Assembly: GCA_964399055.1 (NCBI GenBank)
Contig: CAYNPJ010000002.1
Span: 116,124-180,123, forward strand
DNA: 64,000 bases
Reading direction: 5' to 3'
Source of the DNA: an uncultured Ignavibacteria bacterium
Lineage (GTDB): Bacteria; Zixibacteria; MSB-5A5; DSPP01; RBG-1
Each line of letters opens with the position of its first letter. The stretch's first letter is position 1. Both the position numbers and the translations under genes were made by a program. The notes beneath the pieces were generated by a model. The model saw nothing but the letters and a program-made list of their open reading frames with translations, was not told where the DNA came from and did not search any database. Below are positions 1 through 8,865 of this stretch, piece by piece.

Positions 1-92
1 AATCTTTTTGGGGATAATGCAGGTTTAATTACTTAGACCTTTTTCTATCATTTCAGTACTGATTTGCTTGTAGGTTTATCAACCTAGGAGGA

Positions 93-554
93 ATGATGTT
101 TGAATTCAAAGTAAGACAGGCCCCTCTGGGATTCAAGCTCTTGGTCACGGTTTTTCTCATCGGATACTCTTTAGCCCAGATTTTAGGGTTGACCATGGCT
201 TACTTAGAGACCAGAGTAGTCAATCCTTCGGCTGAAGAATATTTTTTCTATCTGAAGCCGACCAAGCTAATCTCATTGTCCCATCCACATTTTTTCGGCT
301 ACGCCACCTTATATTTTCTGACCGGCTTGCTCTTCTTATTCACCGAGCGGGGAAGATTTTTGAAAACCTGGCTGCCGGCGGTAACCGTGTTAGCGGCTCT
401 GTTGGACATCTGCACCTGGTGGGGGATAAAGTACATTTCGCCTAAGCTGGAGATTCTGACGGCTCTTTTCGGGATAACCTTTACCGGCGGATTTGCGATT
501 ATGGCTCTGACCGTTCTGTATGAGATGTGGCGAATGAAGGAGGAGGCCGGTTAA
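93..554 (+). CDS. hypothetical integral membrane protein (3-4 predicted TM helices)
   Basis: 153-aa ORF with hydrophobic segments; AGGAGG-like RBS (ctaggaggaatg) before ATG; no recognisable family. Confidence 0.5.
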   Translation: MMFEFKVRQAPLGFKLLVTVFLIGYSLAQILGLTMAYLETRVVNPSAEEYFFYLKPTKLISLSHPHFFGYATLYFLTGLLFLFTERGRFLKTWLPAVTVLAALLDICTWWGIKYISPKLEILTALFGITFTGGFAIMALTVLYEMWRMKEEAG

Positions 555-571
555 ATCAAACGCAACGCATA

Positions 572-593
572 GGCGGGGTTCTATTACCCCGCC
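572..593. repeat. REP-like hairpin GGCGGGGTTCTATTACCCCGCC (family 2; second copy at 28186-28208)
   Basis: near-perfect 8-9 bp inverted repeat, almost identical 21-22 nt sequence recurs at 28.19 kb. Confidence 0.5.
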
Positions 594-704
594 GGATTGA
601 GCAGGGCCTTTCATTCCTCTGCAAGGTAGAAAAGTCAATTTCATGACCACTCCTTAATCCTCCCCGGTTTTATGGTGAGCGAAGTCGAACCAAGGGGGGA
701 GATT

Positions 705-1514
705 TTATTCCCTCTCCTGCAGGAGAGGGTGGGGTGAGGTCAATCTTTTCATCTTCTCCACGAAGTCCTTCTGCCGGGACAGGCCCCAAATGTAATAGTA
801 GGGATGCAGCACCTTGTGAGTCAGCTTTTCTCTGGATAAGTAACCCAGGGTCTTCCTCAAAGTCTGCCAGTCCCCCAAGCCGTACTCTTGTCTATCTTCC
901 ACAGAACCGTAGACTAAGATGGCCAGTTTATTGAAGTCTATCTGACTTTTCAGCATCTGTTCGTAGAATTTAGCACACTCCCCGGCCAATTCTTTTTCTT
1001 CCTCACTTAATTCCTCATAGCCTTTCTTGGACTTTACAAATTTTAAAATGTTTTCCTCTTTTTTGTTATCATTGTTTACATGGTTAACCTTGTTGTATAT
1101 TTCTTTTTGATTTACCTCTGAATTATCTTTGATTTGTTTTTGATTTTTCCCATCCTTTTTATCCATAGGTCTATCATGAGGTTGACCCCACTGATAATCA
1201 GACCAGCGACTGATTCTTATACGGGTCATCTTGTTGGTAGTGTGATACTCCAACTCACCGGCTTTGTGCATCGCGTCAAGGAAATTATAGACTTTGGTAA
1301 CTGACCATTTCCACTCCCGGCTAAGTTGTTTTAAGGAGGTGATTATTTCCCCTTCTTCTACGGTCAGGTAACCATTATCAAAGTTAATATCATGCTTTTC
1401 GTGGGCCGCTGAGAGCAAGAGATAGACAAAAGCCGAGCGGGTATCAAAAGGTCGGTTAGACCTCCAGAAAGACCTTTTCTGGATAATCCGGGGTAATCTA
1501 ATCCACCCTTGCAC
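705..1514 (-). CDS. hypothetical protein, low-GC gene; N-terminal winged-helix-like region, central K/N/E-rich low-complexity linker; possible mobile-element/replication-related origin
   Basis: 269-aa ORF; AT-rich (esp. 1020-1200); N-terminal segment FVYLLLSAAHEKHDINFDNGYLTVEEGEIITSLKQL...VYNFLDAMHKAGELEYHT resembles wHTH replication/DnaD-like DNA-binding folds (weak, by eye). Confidence 0.4.
   Translation of the reverse strand: MQGWIRLPRIIQKRSFWRSNRPFDTRSAFVYLLLSAAHEKHDINFDNGYLTVEEGEIITSLKQLSREWKWSVTKVYNFLDAMHKAGELEYHTTNKMTRIRISRWSDYQWGQPHDRPMDKKDGKNQKQIKDNSEVNQKEIYNKVNHVNNDNKKEENILKFVKSKKGYEELSEEEKELAGECAKFYEQMLKSQIDFNKLAILVYGSVEDRQEYGLGDWQTLRKTLGYLSREKLTHKVLHPYYYIWGLSRQKDFVEKMKRLTSPHPLLQERE
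710..729. repeat. perfect 20-bp palindrome CCCTCTCCTGCAGGAGAGGG (REP-like family 1)
   Basis: seen directly; related copies CCCTCTCCT-n2-3-AGGAGAGGG at 14646-14665, 28080-28100, 28139-28158. Confidence 0.5.
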
Positions 1515-1784
1515 GACGAATGTCCCTCCATAAATAGGGCCTCCCCTCCCCCCTGGTGGCGATTCGGTAGCAGGGTTAAGTTCAAGATATTGAGAAAGTA
1601 AGCTTGAAAAGAGCCCTTTTACGGCAGATTCTTGTGCAGGCTAAGTCGTTAAACTACAGAAAGTTAATTTTCATTGACCAGAGCCCGCGGATGAAAATGC
1701 TGTTACTTAAGCCAATTCTATTAGAAGATTTTCTTGATTGTGAGGATTAACTCGTTGTAATCCAACGAGCCTTTGAGCGAAAAG

Positions 1785-4127
1785 TTATTCCTGGGCAGTT
1801 ACCTTTGAGGCGCTCTTTACCCCCACGAAGGCGGCCACGAACTGCTTCAGCTGAGCCGAGACTTCTGCGGCTGTCTGGTAACGTTCCTCCGGGTCTTTCT
1901 TCAAGCACTTCTCGCAAATCCGGTCAAAGATATTCGGCGCTCGGTTGTTCATCTGTGATGGAGGCGGGGGGTTGTCATTCAAAATACTGTAAATCAGAGA
2001 AGAGATAGTCGGTCCCCGGAAGGGTCTCTTGCCGGTTAGAAGTTCATAGGTCATAATCCCCAGAGAGAATATATCACTCCGCTTGTCGGCGATTTTCCCT
2101 TTCAGCACCTCCGGAGGCATGTAATTGGGTGTCCCCATGGCCATGCCGGTCTGGGTCAGGTTGGCCTGGCCGAATCTGGCGATTCCGAAGTCCATCACCT
2201 TGACCTGAAAGTTATCTAAGACCATAATGTTGGCTGGCTTGATGTCCCTATGCACGATGCCGTGGGAGTGGGCGTAATCTAGGGCGTCGCAGACTTGAAT
2301 TAAAATTTGAGCCATTATCTTGAAGTTAATCTCGGTCTTCTTGCGGATGTATCTTTCCAAGGTGGTTCCTTCCAGATACTCCATGGCGATGTACTGATAC
2401 CCTTCCTCCTGGCCGGCGTCGTAAATGGTGACGATGTTGGGATGTGATATTTTGCCGGCGGCCCGGGCTTCCCGCAGGAGCCTCTCCTTCATCTCTTCTA
2501 ATTCTTCCGGATTGGCGGCAAAATCCAGGCGGATGGTTTTCAAAGCCACTAAGCGGTCAATGGCCGGGTCTAAGCCTTTGTAAACCGTACCCATGGCGCC
2601 TCTGCCAATCGGCTCTAAGACCTGATAGCGGCCAAATTGCTTGACGTGAATGTCCACCGGGATGGGAAGGTCAGTAGAAGTGGTCTTCTTCTTGGGCTCT
2701 TCTGGCGGAGCCTCTTCTTCCTCCGGCTCAATCGGCACCTGACTTTCGGTCATGTCCACTGAGGCAGTCAAAGATTCTTCCTGCTCGCTGTAACGTGTTG
2801 ACCTGGCCGGCTCCCAGCGCCGGGGAGCCTCCGCGCCCAGGCGGACGATGCGGAACTTAAACAGCCCGCTTAATTTTTCTGCCAGCCTGGACTTTTTCCT
2901 GGTTACTAACTCTTTCTGCGGCTTGATGGCCGGGCTGACTAAAAGAAACAGGAGAATCTCCAAGGTGGGATAGAAAGTCTTGGATATTATCCCCATGGAG
3001 CGAAAGAGGAAGAAATTGACATTGACCAGGGCAAACATTAGGGCCAGAAGTAGCATGAAGCGGTAGATCAGAGTAACCCTGGGCAGAAGGAAGGCCGAAA
3101 AGACCCCGATGCCGATAATCCACAGAAAGCCTAAGAAATTCCCCCGATCGGTGCGGATGAACTTACCGGAAATGATGTTGGCCGCCACGGTGGCAGTCTT
3201 CTCCACCTCGGGCAAATCTTCTTCCAGCGGGGTACTGACCGAGTATCTGGTGCCGGTGGCAGTCAGCCCTACTAAAGCGATTTTACCGGCCAGTTCCGCG
3301 GGATTGTAACTGCCGCTGATAACGTCTGCGGCTGAGACATAGCGGAAGGTCTGCCTGGGCCCGTAGTAGTTGATCAAATATCTGCTCTTGCGGTCGACCG
3401 GAACCTCGACTCTGCCTATGGAAATGTCCGTGCCGGGATTAAGTTTGATGGCCTCGGTATTGATGCCCATGTAAAATTTGACGGCCTGCACCGCCAAAGC
3501 CGGGTAGTAGTTCTCCGAGTAGCCAATCACCAGAGGCTCTCTTCTCAGTTTCTGGTCGGGGTCGTAGTCATTCAGGACAAAACCTATATCGGCTGCAGCC
3601 CTGGCGAATTCCACAGGGGGATATTGCATCTGGACGGCCCACAGGGGAGGGTTGGCTCTCAGCTTGTGGAAACTGTCATAGGTGAAATAAGAAGATTTCA
3701 AAACTTCAGGAGGAACCTGGTCCCCGGCAGCAGGTATGTCGGTCAGGACCAGCTCCACCGGCAGAACCACATTGCCTGCTGCAGACAGGTTGTTAGCAAA
3801 GACCTTTGCGGCAGAATCGGCCCGAGCGACCTGAGGCAGGGGAGTCTGGAAGACAATGGCCCTGGGATGGGCTTCGGCCAAGTGATAAAGGAGCTGGTTA
3901 AGTCGGGAATAATTCCAGGGCCAGAATCCGACCTGATTAAAGCTTTTGTCGTCTATGGCCACAATTACCAATTCCGTGCCCGGGTTTTTGCTCCCTGACA
4001 TTTTGGAGAGCCAGTCCACCAACTTCTGCTCATAGCGCTCCAAGGCGGCGTGCCGGTCCACGTACAGGGAGAGGACCAGGACCGTTATCAAAATGTAGAG
4101 CAGAAAGGCCGAAATCTTGTTGTACAT
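1785..4127 (-). CDS. CHASE2-domain sensor fused to Ser/Thr protein kinase
   Basis: N-terminal CHASE2-like extracytoplasmic region with TM helices; C-terminal Hanks kinase motifs (VALK, HRDIKPANIMV, DFGIA, GTPNYMPPE). Confidence 0.9.
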   Translation of the reverse strand: MYNKISAFLLYILITVLVLSLYVDRHAALERYEQKLVDWLSKMSGSKNPGTELVIVAIDDKSFNQVGFWPWNYSRLNQLLYHLAEAHPRAIVFQTPLPQVARADSAAKVFANNLSAAGNVVLPVELVLTDIPAAGDQVPPEVLKSSYFTYDSFHKLRANPPLWAVQMQYPPVEFARAAADIGFVLNDYDPDQKLRREPLVIGYSENYYPALAVQAVKFYMGINTEAIKLNPGTDISIGRVEVPVDRKSRYLINYYGPRQTFRYVSAADVISGSYNPAELAGKIALVGLTATGTRYSVSTPLEEDLPEVEKTATVAANIISGKFIRTDRGNFLGFLWIIGIGVFSAFLLPRVTLIYRFMLLLALMFALVNVNFFLFRSMGIISKTFYPTLEILLFLLVSPAIKPQKELVTRKKSRLAEKLSGLFKFRIVRLGAEAPRRWEPARSTRYSEQEESLTASVDMTESQVPIEPEEEEAPPEEPKKKTTSTDLPIPVDIHVKQFGRYQVLEPIGRGAMGTVYKGLDPAIDRLVALKTIRLDFAANPEELEEMKERLLREARAAGKISHPNIVTIYDAGQEEGYQYIAMEYLEGTTLERYIRKKTEINFKIMAQILIQVCDALDYAHSHGIVHRDIKPANIMVLDNFQVKVMDFGIARFGQANLTQTGMAMGTPNYMPPEVLKGKIADKRSDIFSLGIMTYELLTGKRPFRGPTISSLIYSILNDNPPPPSQMNNRAPNIFDRICEKCLKKDPEERYQTAAEVSAQLKQFVAAFVGVKSASKVTAQE

Positions 4128-4856
4128 TTATCTCCCCACGGCCAAGCGCTCGGCTAAATACTGAGACAGGCCCGCCTTTTTCATCTTCTTCTGGGCTTTC
4201 TTGACGTCGTAGGGAACCCGGCGCAGCTGGGCTATTTTGGTCTCGGTGTCATAGATTAAATAACTGGCATCCGGATTGCCGTCCCTGGGCTGGCCCACTG
4301 AGCCGATGTTGATCAAGTAACGAAAATCCTCTTCCAGGCCGACTTGGGTATCGTTGTGAATGAAGCAGTGCCGGTCCCCGTATTTTTTGATGATTACCGG
4401 CCGGTGGGAATGGCCTATCAGACAGACTCTCTTGGTGAAGTAGTCGAAATTCTCCTCGGCTTCGCTTAAATTCAAAATATAATGCCAGGCCTCCGGCTCT
4501 TTGGGGGTGGCATGGACTAAGTGAAACTGGTCGAACTTATAGGTCAGATAGAAACTCGACATGACTTCATGGCTGCCGTTCTGGAGGATGGTCTTGGTCC
4601 ACTCGATAGACTCCCGGGCGTACTGGTTGAAGTAGTCGGTCTCCATCAGGCCTAAGGCGGCGTAGTCGTGATTTCCCATCAGGCTTTTGTTGGCTAACTT
4701 CTGAATTAACTCCAGGCACTCATTTGGAGAAGCGCCGTATCCGACCGCATCTCCCAAAAACATTAGTTGGTCTAATTTCTGCTCCTGGAAATCGGCAGCC
4801 GCGGCTTCCAAGGCTTCTAAGTTGCCGTGCACATCCGAGAAAAACCCGTAGCGCAC
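4128..4856 (-). CDS. metallophosphoesterase (calcineurin-like / PPP-type phosphatase fold)
   Basis: motifs SDVHGN (GDxHG), GDAVGYG (GDxxDRG-like), GNHD; stop abuts kinase start, start abuts FHA gene (4856). Confidence 0.8.
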   Translation of the reverse strand: MRYGFFSDVHGNLEALEAAAADFQEQKLDQLMFLGDAVGYGASPNECLELIQKLANKSLMGNHDYAALGLMETDYFNQYARESIEWTKTILQNGSHEVMSSFYLTYKFDQFHLVHATPKEPEAWHYILNLSEAEENFDYFTKRVCLIGHSHRPVIIKKYGDRHCFIHNDTQVGLEEDFRYLINIGSVGQPRDGNPDASYLIYDTETKIAQLRRVPYDVKKAQKKMKKAGLSQYLAERLAVGR

Positions 4857-5554
4857 TAAGCTCCTCCGTCTAAGAAACGGAAGACCGATTTCCCCACCTG
4901 GATTAGGTCGTCATTCTTTATCGGCTGGCGGTCTGAGACGTTTTCGCCGTTGAGCCTGGTTTTGCCTGATTTGCCTAAGTTGACTATGGCATAGCCGTCC
5001 GGCTCTTTGACTATTTTGGCCTGCAGTCCGGAGACGAAGAAGCCCTTGACCTTGATGTCGGCAAAATCGGCCCGGCCTAAGGTGGTGACCGTCTTGGCCA
5101 ATTTGTATTCGCCCAGTTCAGTGCCGTCTTCACCTAAGAGGACTGAGGTGCCGGCCCGGGTGACAATCTCGGCGGCTATTCTATCTTTATCCATCAGTTC
5201 TTTGTGTTTCTTGGTCTTTAAGACCATGGTCCCTTCCAGGCTGGCCGCTTGCAGCTCCTCCTTAGGGGCGTCCTGGTGGTAGACTAAGGTGAACTTGCCG
5301 ATGTTGATGACGTCGTTGTCCTTTAAAACTTCTTCGCTAATCTTGCGGTTGTTGACAAAGGTGCCGTTTAGGCTCTCGTTGTCAATGATTAAGGCGGTAT
5401 TGTTGTTGAATTCTATCTGGGCGTGCTTGCGCGAAACCCCCCGGTTGTCTAAGACAATGTCGTTGTCCGGAGTGCGCCCGATGGTGATGCGCTTTTTCTC
5501 GCTCACCACCCGCTCGATTATTTTGTCCTCGAATTTGACCACTATCTCTGGCAT
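4856..5554 (-). CDS. dual FHA-domain protein
   Basis: two FHA-like modules (ITIGRTPDNDIVLDNRGVSRKHAQI...NGTFVN and TTLGRADFADIKVKGFFVSGLQAKI...GKTRLNGENV). Confidence 0.85.
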   Translation of the reverse strand: MPEIVVKFEDKIIERVVSEKKRITIGRTPDNDIVLDNRGVSRKHAQIEFNNNTALIIDNESLNGTFVNNRKISEEVLKDNDVINIGKFTLVYHQDAPKEELQAASLEGTMVLKTKKHKELMDKDRIAAEIVTRAGTSVLLGEDGTELGEYKLAKTVTTLGRADFADIKVKGFFVSGLQAKIVKEPDGYAIVNLGKSGKTRLNGENVSDRQPIKNDDLIQVGKSVFRFLDGGA

Positions 5555-5624
5555 AGTAACGCTCCTGCCTGTTTAAGGCAAATGAATTTCGCTCTTCTTT
5601 AGCAAGGGCCTGTCCTAAAAAAAC

Positions 5625-6452
5625 TTGTCTAAGTATTTTGACTATCTTATATTTCGACTCAAGCGTAAGAAACTTAAGCGCCCCGCCTTAAGGGGCTATG
5701 AGTCAATGCAGCCGAGCCGATTGTTAAGACTGTTACAGCAAGTGAAATCCGGCACTATCTCGCCGCAAAGGGCTTTGCAGGATTTGAAGAAGCTCCCCTT
5801 TGAGGATTTGGGTTTTGCCCGTCTGGACCACCACCGCCACTTGAGAAAAGGATTTCCGGAGGTAATTTATGCTCCGGGCAAATCTCTTCAGCAGATTGTC
5901 GGCATCGCCAAGGCTTTAAGAAAGAACGGCTCCACTGTCTTAGTGACCCGGGCCGGAAAAGAGGTCTATCAAGCGCTGAAGAGAAATTTCTCTGCTGCCA
6001 AATATAATGACTTGGCCAGAGCAGTGGTGATTAAGGGCAAAGAATTGCCTAAAAAGGTCGGCTTAATTGCCGTGCTCTCTGCCGGCACTGCGGATTTGCC
6101 AGTGGCTGAGGAATCTGCTTTAACCTGTGAGATTTTGGGCAATAACGTGGTCAAGATATATGACGTGGGGGTGGCCGGCCTGCACCGTCTGATGGCGCAC
6201 TGGGAGCAGATTCAGAAGGCTAAAGTAATAATTGTGGTGGCTGGTATGGAAGGGGCTTTAGCCTCTGTGGTGGCTGGTCTGGTGGATAAGCCGGTAATTG
6301 CGGTGCCGACTTCAGTGGGATACGGCACCAGCTTCGGGGGGGTAGCGGCCCTTTTGACTATGCTGAACTCTTGCGCAAATGGAGTAACAGTGGTAAATAT
6401 AGACAACGGTTTTGCAGCCGGCATTTCCGCCGGCATGATTAATAAACTTTAG
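5625..6452 (+). CDS. larB: LarB, nickel-pincer cofactor biosynthesis (PurE-like P2CMN synthase); true start possibly at the internal Met near 5706
   Basis: PurE/LarB-like core (IIVVAGMEGALASVVAGLVDKPVIAVPTSVGYGTSFGG); followed by larC. Confidence 0.75.
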   Translation: MSKYFDYLIFRLKRKKLKRPALRGYESMQPSRLLRLLQQVKSGTISPQRALQDLKKLPFEDLGFARLDHHRHLRKGFPEVIYAPGKSLQQIVGIAKALRKNGSTVLVTRAGKEVYQALKRNFSAAKYNDLARAVVIKGKELPKKVGLIAVLSAGTADLPVAEESALTCEILGNNVVKIYDVGVAGLHRLMAHWEQIQKAKVIIVVAGMEGALASVVAGLVDKPVIAVPTSVGYGTSFGGVAALLTMLNSCANGVTVVNIDNGFAAGISAGMINKL

Positions 6453-6484
6453 AGGGAGGATGTGTGTTTAAAGCTTTATTCAGT

Positions 6485-6604
6485 ATGGTCGGCAATATGT
6501 TTCTGGGCCTGGGAATGTTAGCCCTGGCTATCTTCGGCCTGGTGGCTGTTGCTATAATCGCGGCCCTGCTCTTTGCCGACCAGATTTTGAAGCTGATTTT
6601 TTAG
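6485..6604 (+). CDS. 39-aa single-TM hydrophobic peptide (MVGNMFLGLGMLALAIFGLVAVAIIAALLFADQILKLIF) between larB and larC
   Basis: hand-translated; ATG at 6485, TAG at 6602-6604 immediately followed by larC ATG at 6605; below ORF-track size cutoff. Confidence 0.3.
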   Translation: MVGNMFLGLGMLALAIFGLVAVAIIAALLFADQILKLIF

Positions 6605-7777
6605 ATGAGAATCGGCTATTTCGACTGCTTCGCCGGAATCTCCGGGGACATGATTTTAGGAGCCTTATTTGACGCCGGCTTAGACCAGACATCCTGGCAT
6701 AAGGAACTGGCTAAACTTAAACTATCCGGCTATGAAGTGGAAATCAAGAAAGTCGAAAAACAGCATATCTCAGCCACTCAAGTTAAAGTAAAAATAAAAG
6801 AGGGCCATCATCACCGTAAGCTCTCGGATATTTTTTCACTGATTGACACCTCTGGGCTTAATTCAGAGGTCAAGCAGAAATCCAAACAGATATTTGACCG
6901 CTTAGCCTCAGCCGAGGCTAAAGTTCACGGAACCAGCAAAGAGCAAGTCCACTTCCACGAAGTCGGCGCAGTCGACGCCATTGTTGACATAGTCGGCTCA
7001 GTAATCGGATTGGAACTTCTGCAGATTGGAGAGATTTACGGCTCTAAACTCCCTTTGACTTCCGGCTTTACCAAAACCGAACATGGTAACTTTCCTGTTC
7101 CTGCGCCAGCCACTCTTGAGCTTATGACAAATTGGCCCACTCAATCCAAAGATATTGAGGGAGAAATTGTTACTCCGACTGGTGCCGCCATCCTTACTAC
7201 ATTGGGCAAATATGCACTCAATCTTGACTTTGTCCCAGAAAAGACCGGCTATGGCGCCGGACAGAAAAACTTCAAGGAATCCCCCAATGTCCTGAGAATA
7301 TTGATTGGAGAAAGGGTCGGCCATTTTGAACAGGATGAGGTCGCCGTCTTAGAGACAAATCTGGACAACACCGAGCCTCAGCTCTTGGGCTATCTGCTGG
7401 AAAAATTGATGGACAAAGGAGCCAAAGATGCTTTCTTCACTCCCGTGGTGATGAAGAAGAACCGCCCCGGCACTCTTCTGACAGTCTTAGCCGAATCAGG
7501 TGACCTATCCCGATTATCCGAAATCATCTTCCGTGAAACCTATACCTCCGGTCTCAGAATACGCCGGGAATCCAGAGTGAAACTCCCCCGGCGCATCGTG
7601 GAAATTCAGACCGACCTGGGAAAGGCTAAAGTGAAATTATTAGGAGAAGATTCTAACCTGGAGGTCCTGCCTGAATTTGAGGATTGCAAAACTATTGCTC
7701 AACAGCATAATCTTCCGTTAAAAATAGTCTATGAGAGAATCAAAGCCGCTTACCTGAACCAGAAGGAGAAAAAATGA
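6605..7777 (+). CDS. larC: LarC, nickel insertion protein (DUF111 family)
   Basis: N-terminus MRIGYFDCFAGISGDMILGALFDAGL is the characteristic LarC/DUF111 start; ~390 aa. Confidence 0.8.
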   Translation: MRIGYFDCFAGISGDMILGALFDAGLDQTSWHKELAKLKLSGYEVEIKKVEKQHISATQVKVKIKEGHHHRKLSDIFSLIDTSGLNSEVKQKSKQIFDRLASAEAKVHGTSKEQVHFHEVGAVDAIVDIVGSVIGLELLQIGEIYGSKLPLTSGFTKTEHGNFPVPAPATLELMTNWPTQSKDIEGEIVTPTGAAILTTLGKYALNLDFVPEKTGYGAGQKNFKESPNVLRILIGERVGHFEQDEVAVLETNLDNTEPQLLGYLLEKLMDKGAKDAFFTPVVMKKNRPGTLLTVLAESGDLSRLSEIIFRETYTSGLRIRRESRVKLPRRIVEIQTDLGKAKVKLLGEDSNLEVLPEFEDCKTIAQQHNLPLKIVYERIKAAYLNQKEKK

Positions 7778-8790
7778 GCGCAGTCAACATAGCTGATTAC
7801 AAGAACATCTGGGTTTTTTGCGAACAGAAGCAGGGGAAATTGTCCAATACAGTGTACGAGCTGATTGGCGCCGGCCAGGGATTAGCTCAGAAAAGGAAGT
7901 GCCAGCTCTGGGGAGTCCTGATTGGACACAATCTGGAACAGCAGGCCTCATCACTCTTGGAATACGGCCTGGATAAGGTCATTTTAGCCCAGAATCCGAA
8001 ATTAGAAAATTTCATCGATGGTGATTATGCCAAAATCTTAGCTGAGCTGGCTGCCGAATACAAGCCTGAGCTGATTTTAGGCCCGGCAACTTTTTACGGC
8101 AAATCTTTATTCCCCAGAGTAGGCATTAAGCTGAAGACCGGCATTGCTGCTGATTGTATTAAGATAGAGATTGATGCGAATTCAGGAGACATCACTGCCA
8201 TCCGGCCCACTTATGGCGGCAACGTCTTAGCTGAAATTACCTTTGCCCAGGTCAGGCCACAGTTGGCAACCTTAAGACCCAAGGCTTTCAAGGAGGCTGG
8301 CAAGAATACCAACAAGAGCGGTGAAATCATCAAGAAAGATATACCTGATGACAAATTGGAAGGTAAATCTCAGGTCAAAGAGGTGGTCAAAGAGGCATCG
8401 ACCATGGCCAATCTGACTGAGGCAGATATAATTGTCTCCGGCGGCAGAGGCTTAAAGGGCCCGGAGAATTTCCACTTAGTGCAGGAATTAGCGCAAGTTT
8501 TAAGCGGGGCCTGGGGAGCCACCCGGGCCGTGGTGGATGCCGGCTGGGTTCCTTATGCCCATCAGGTCGGTCAGACCGGAAAAACGGTCAATCCTAAATT
8601 ATACATCGCCTGCGGAATTTCCGGAGCGATTCAGCACTTAGTCGGAATGCAGTCCTCCAAGGTGATTGTGGCCATCAACAAGGACAAGGACGCCCCGATT
8701 TTTAAAGTGGCAACTTACGGCATCGTGGGAGACGTGTTTGAGATTCTGCCGGCTTTGACCCAGAAGTTGAAAGAAGTTTTGAAGAAGTAA
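7774..8790 (+). CDS. etfA: electron transfer flavoprotein alpha subunit (EtfA/FixB family)
   Basis: EtfA FAD-binding signature LYIACGISGAIQHLVGMQSSKVIVAINKDKDAPIF; ATGA overlap with larC stop; no etfB in window. Confidence 0.85.
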   Translation: MSAVNIADYKNIWVFCEQKQGKLSNTVYELIGAGQGLAQKRKCQLWGVLIGHNLEQQASSLLEYGLDKVILAQNPKLENFIDGDYAKILAELAAEYKPELILGPATFYGKSLFPRVGIKLKTGIAADCIKIEIDANSGDITAIRPTYGGNVLAEITFAQVRPQLATLRPKAFKEAGKNTNKSGEIIKKDIPDDKLEGKSQVKEVVKEASTMANLTEADIIVSGGRGLKGPENFHLVQELAQVLSGAWGATRAVVDAGWVPYAHQVGQTGKTVNPKLYIACGISGAIQHLVGMQSSKVIVAINKDKDAPIFKVATYGIVGDVFEILPALTQKLKEVLKK

Positions 8791-8865
8791 TCTTATCCAA
8801 AGGATTTATTATTTGCAAGGAGTGCACTGATTGGCAAGGTCAGTGCCTTTCTTTTATTAGCTCGT

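Noticed and set aside
3624-3998. Antisense ORFs inside long genes (e.g. 3624-3998, 16961-17392, 17672-18148, 62279-62833, 62840-63154, 39779-40464 series)
   Set aside because: These are shadow ORFs on the opposite strand of confidently identified genes (kinase, polX, ftsZ, pckG). They have no RBS and no family resemblance.
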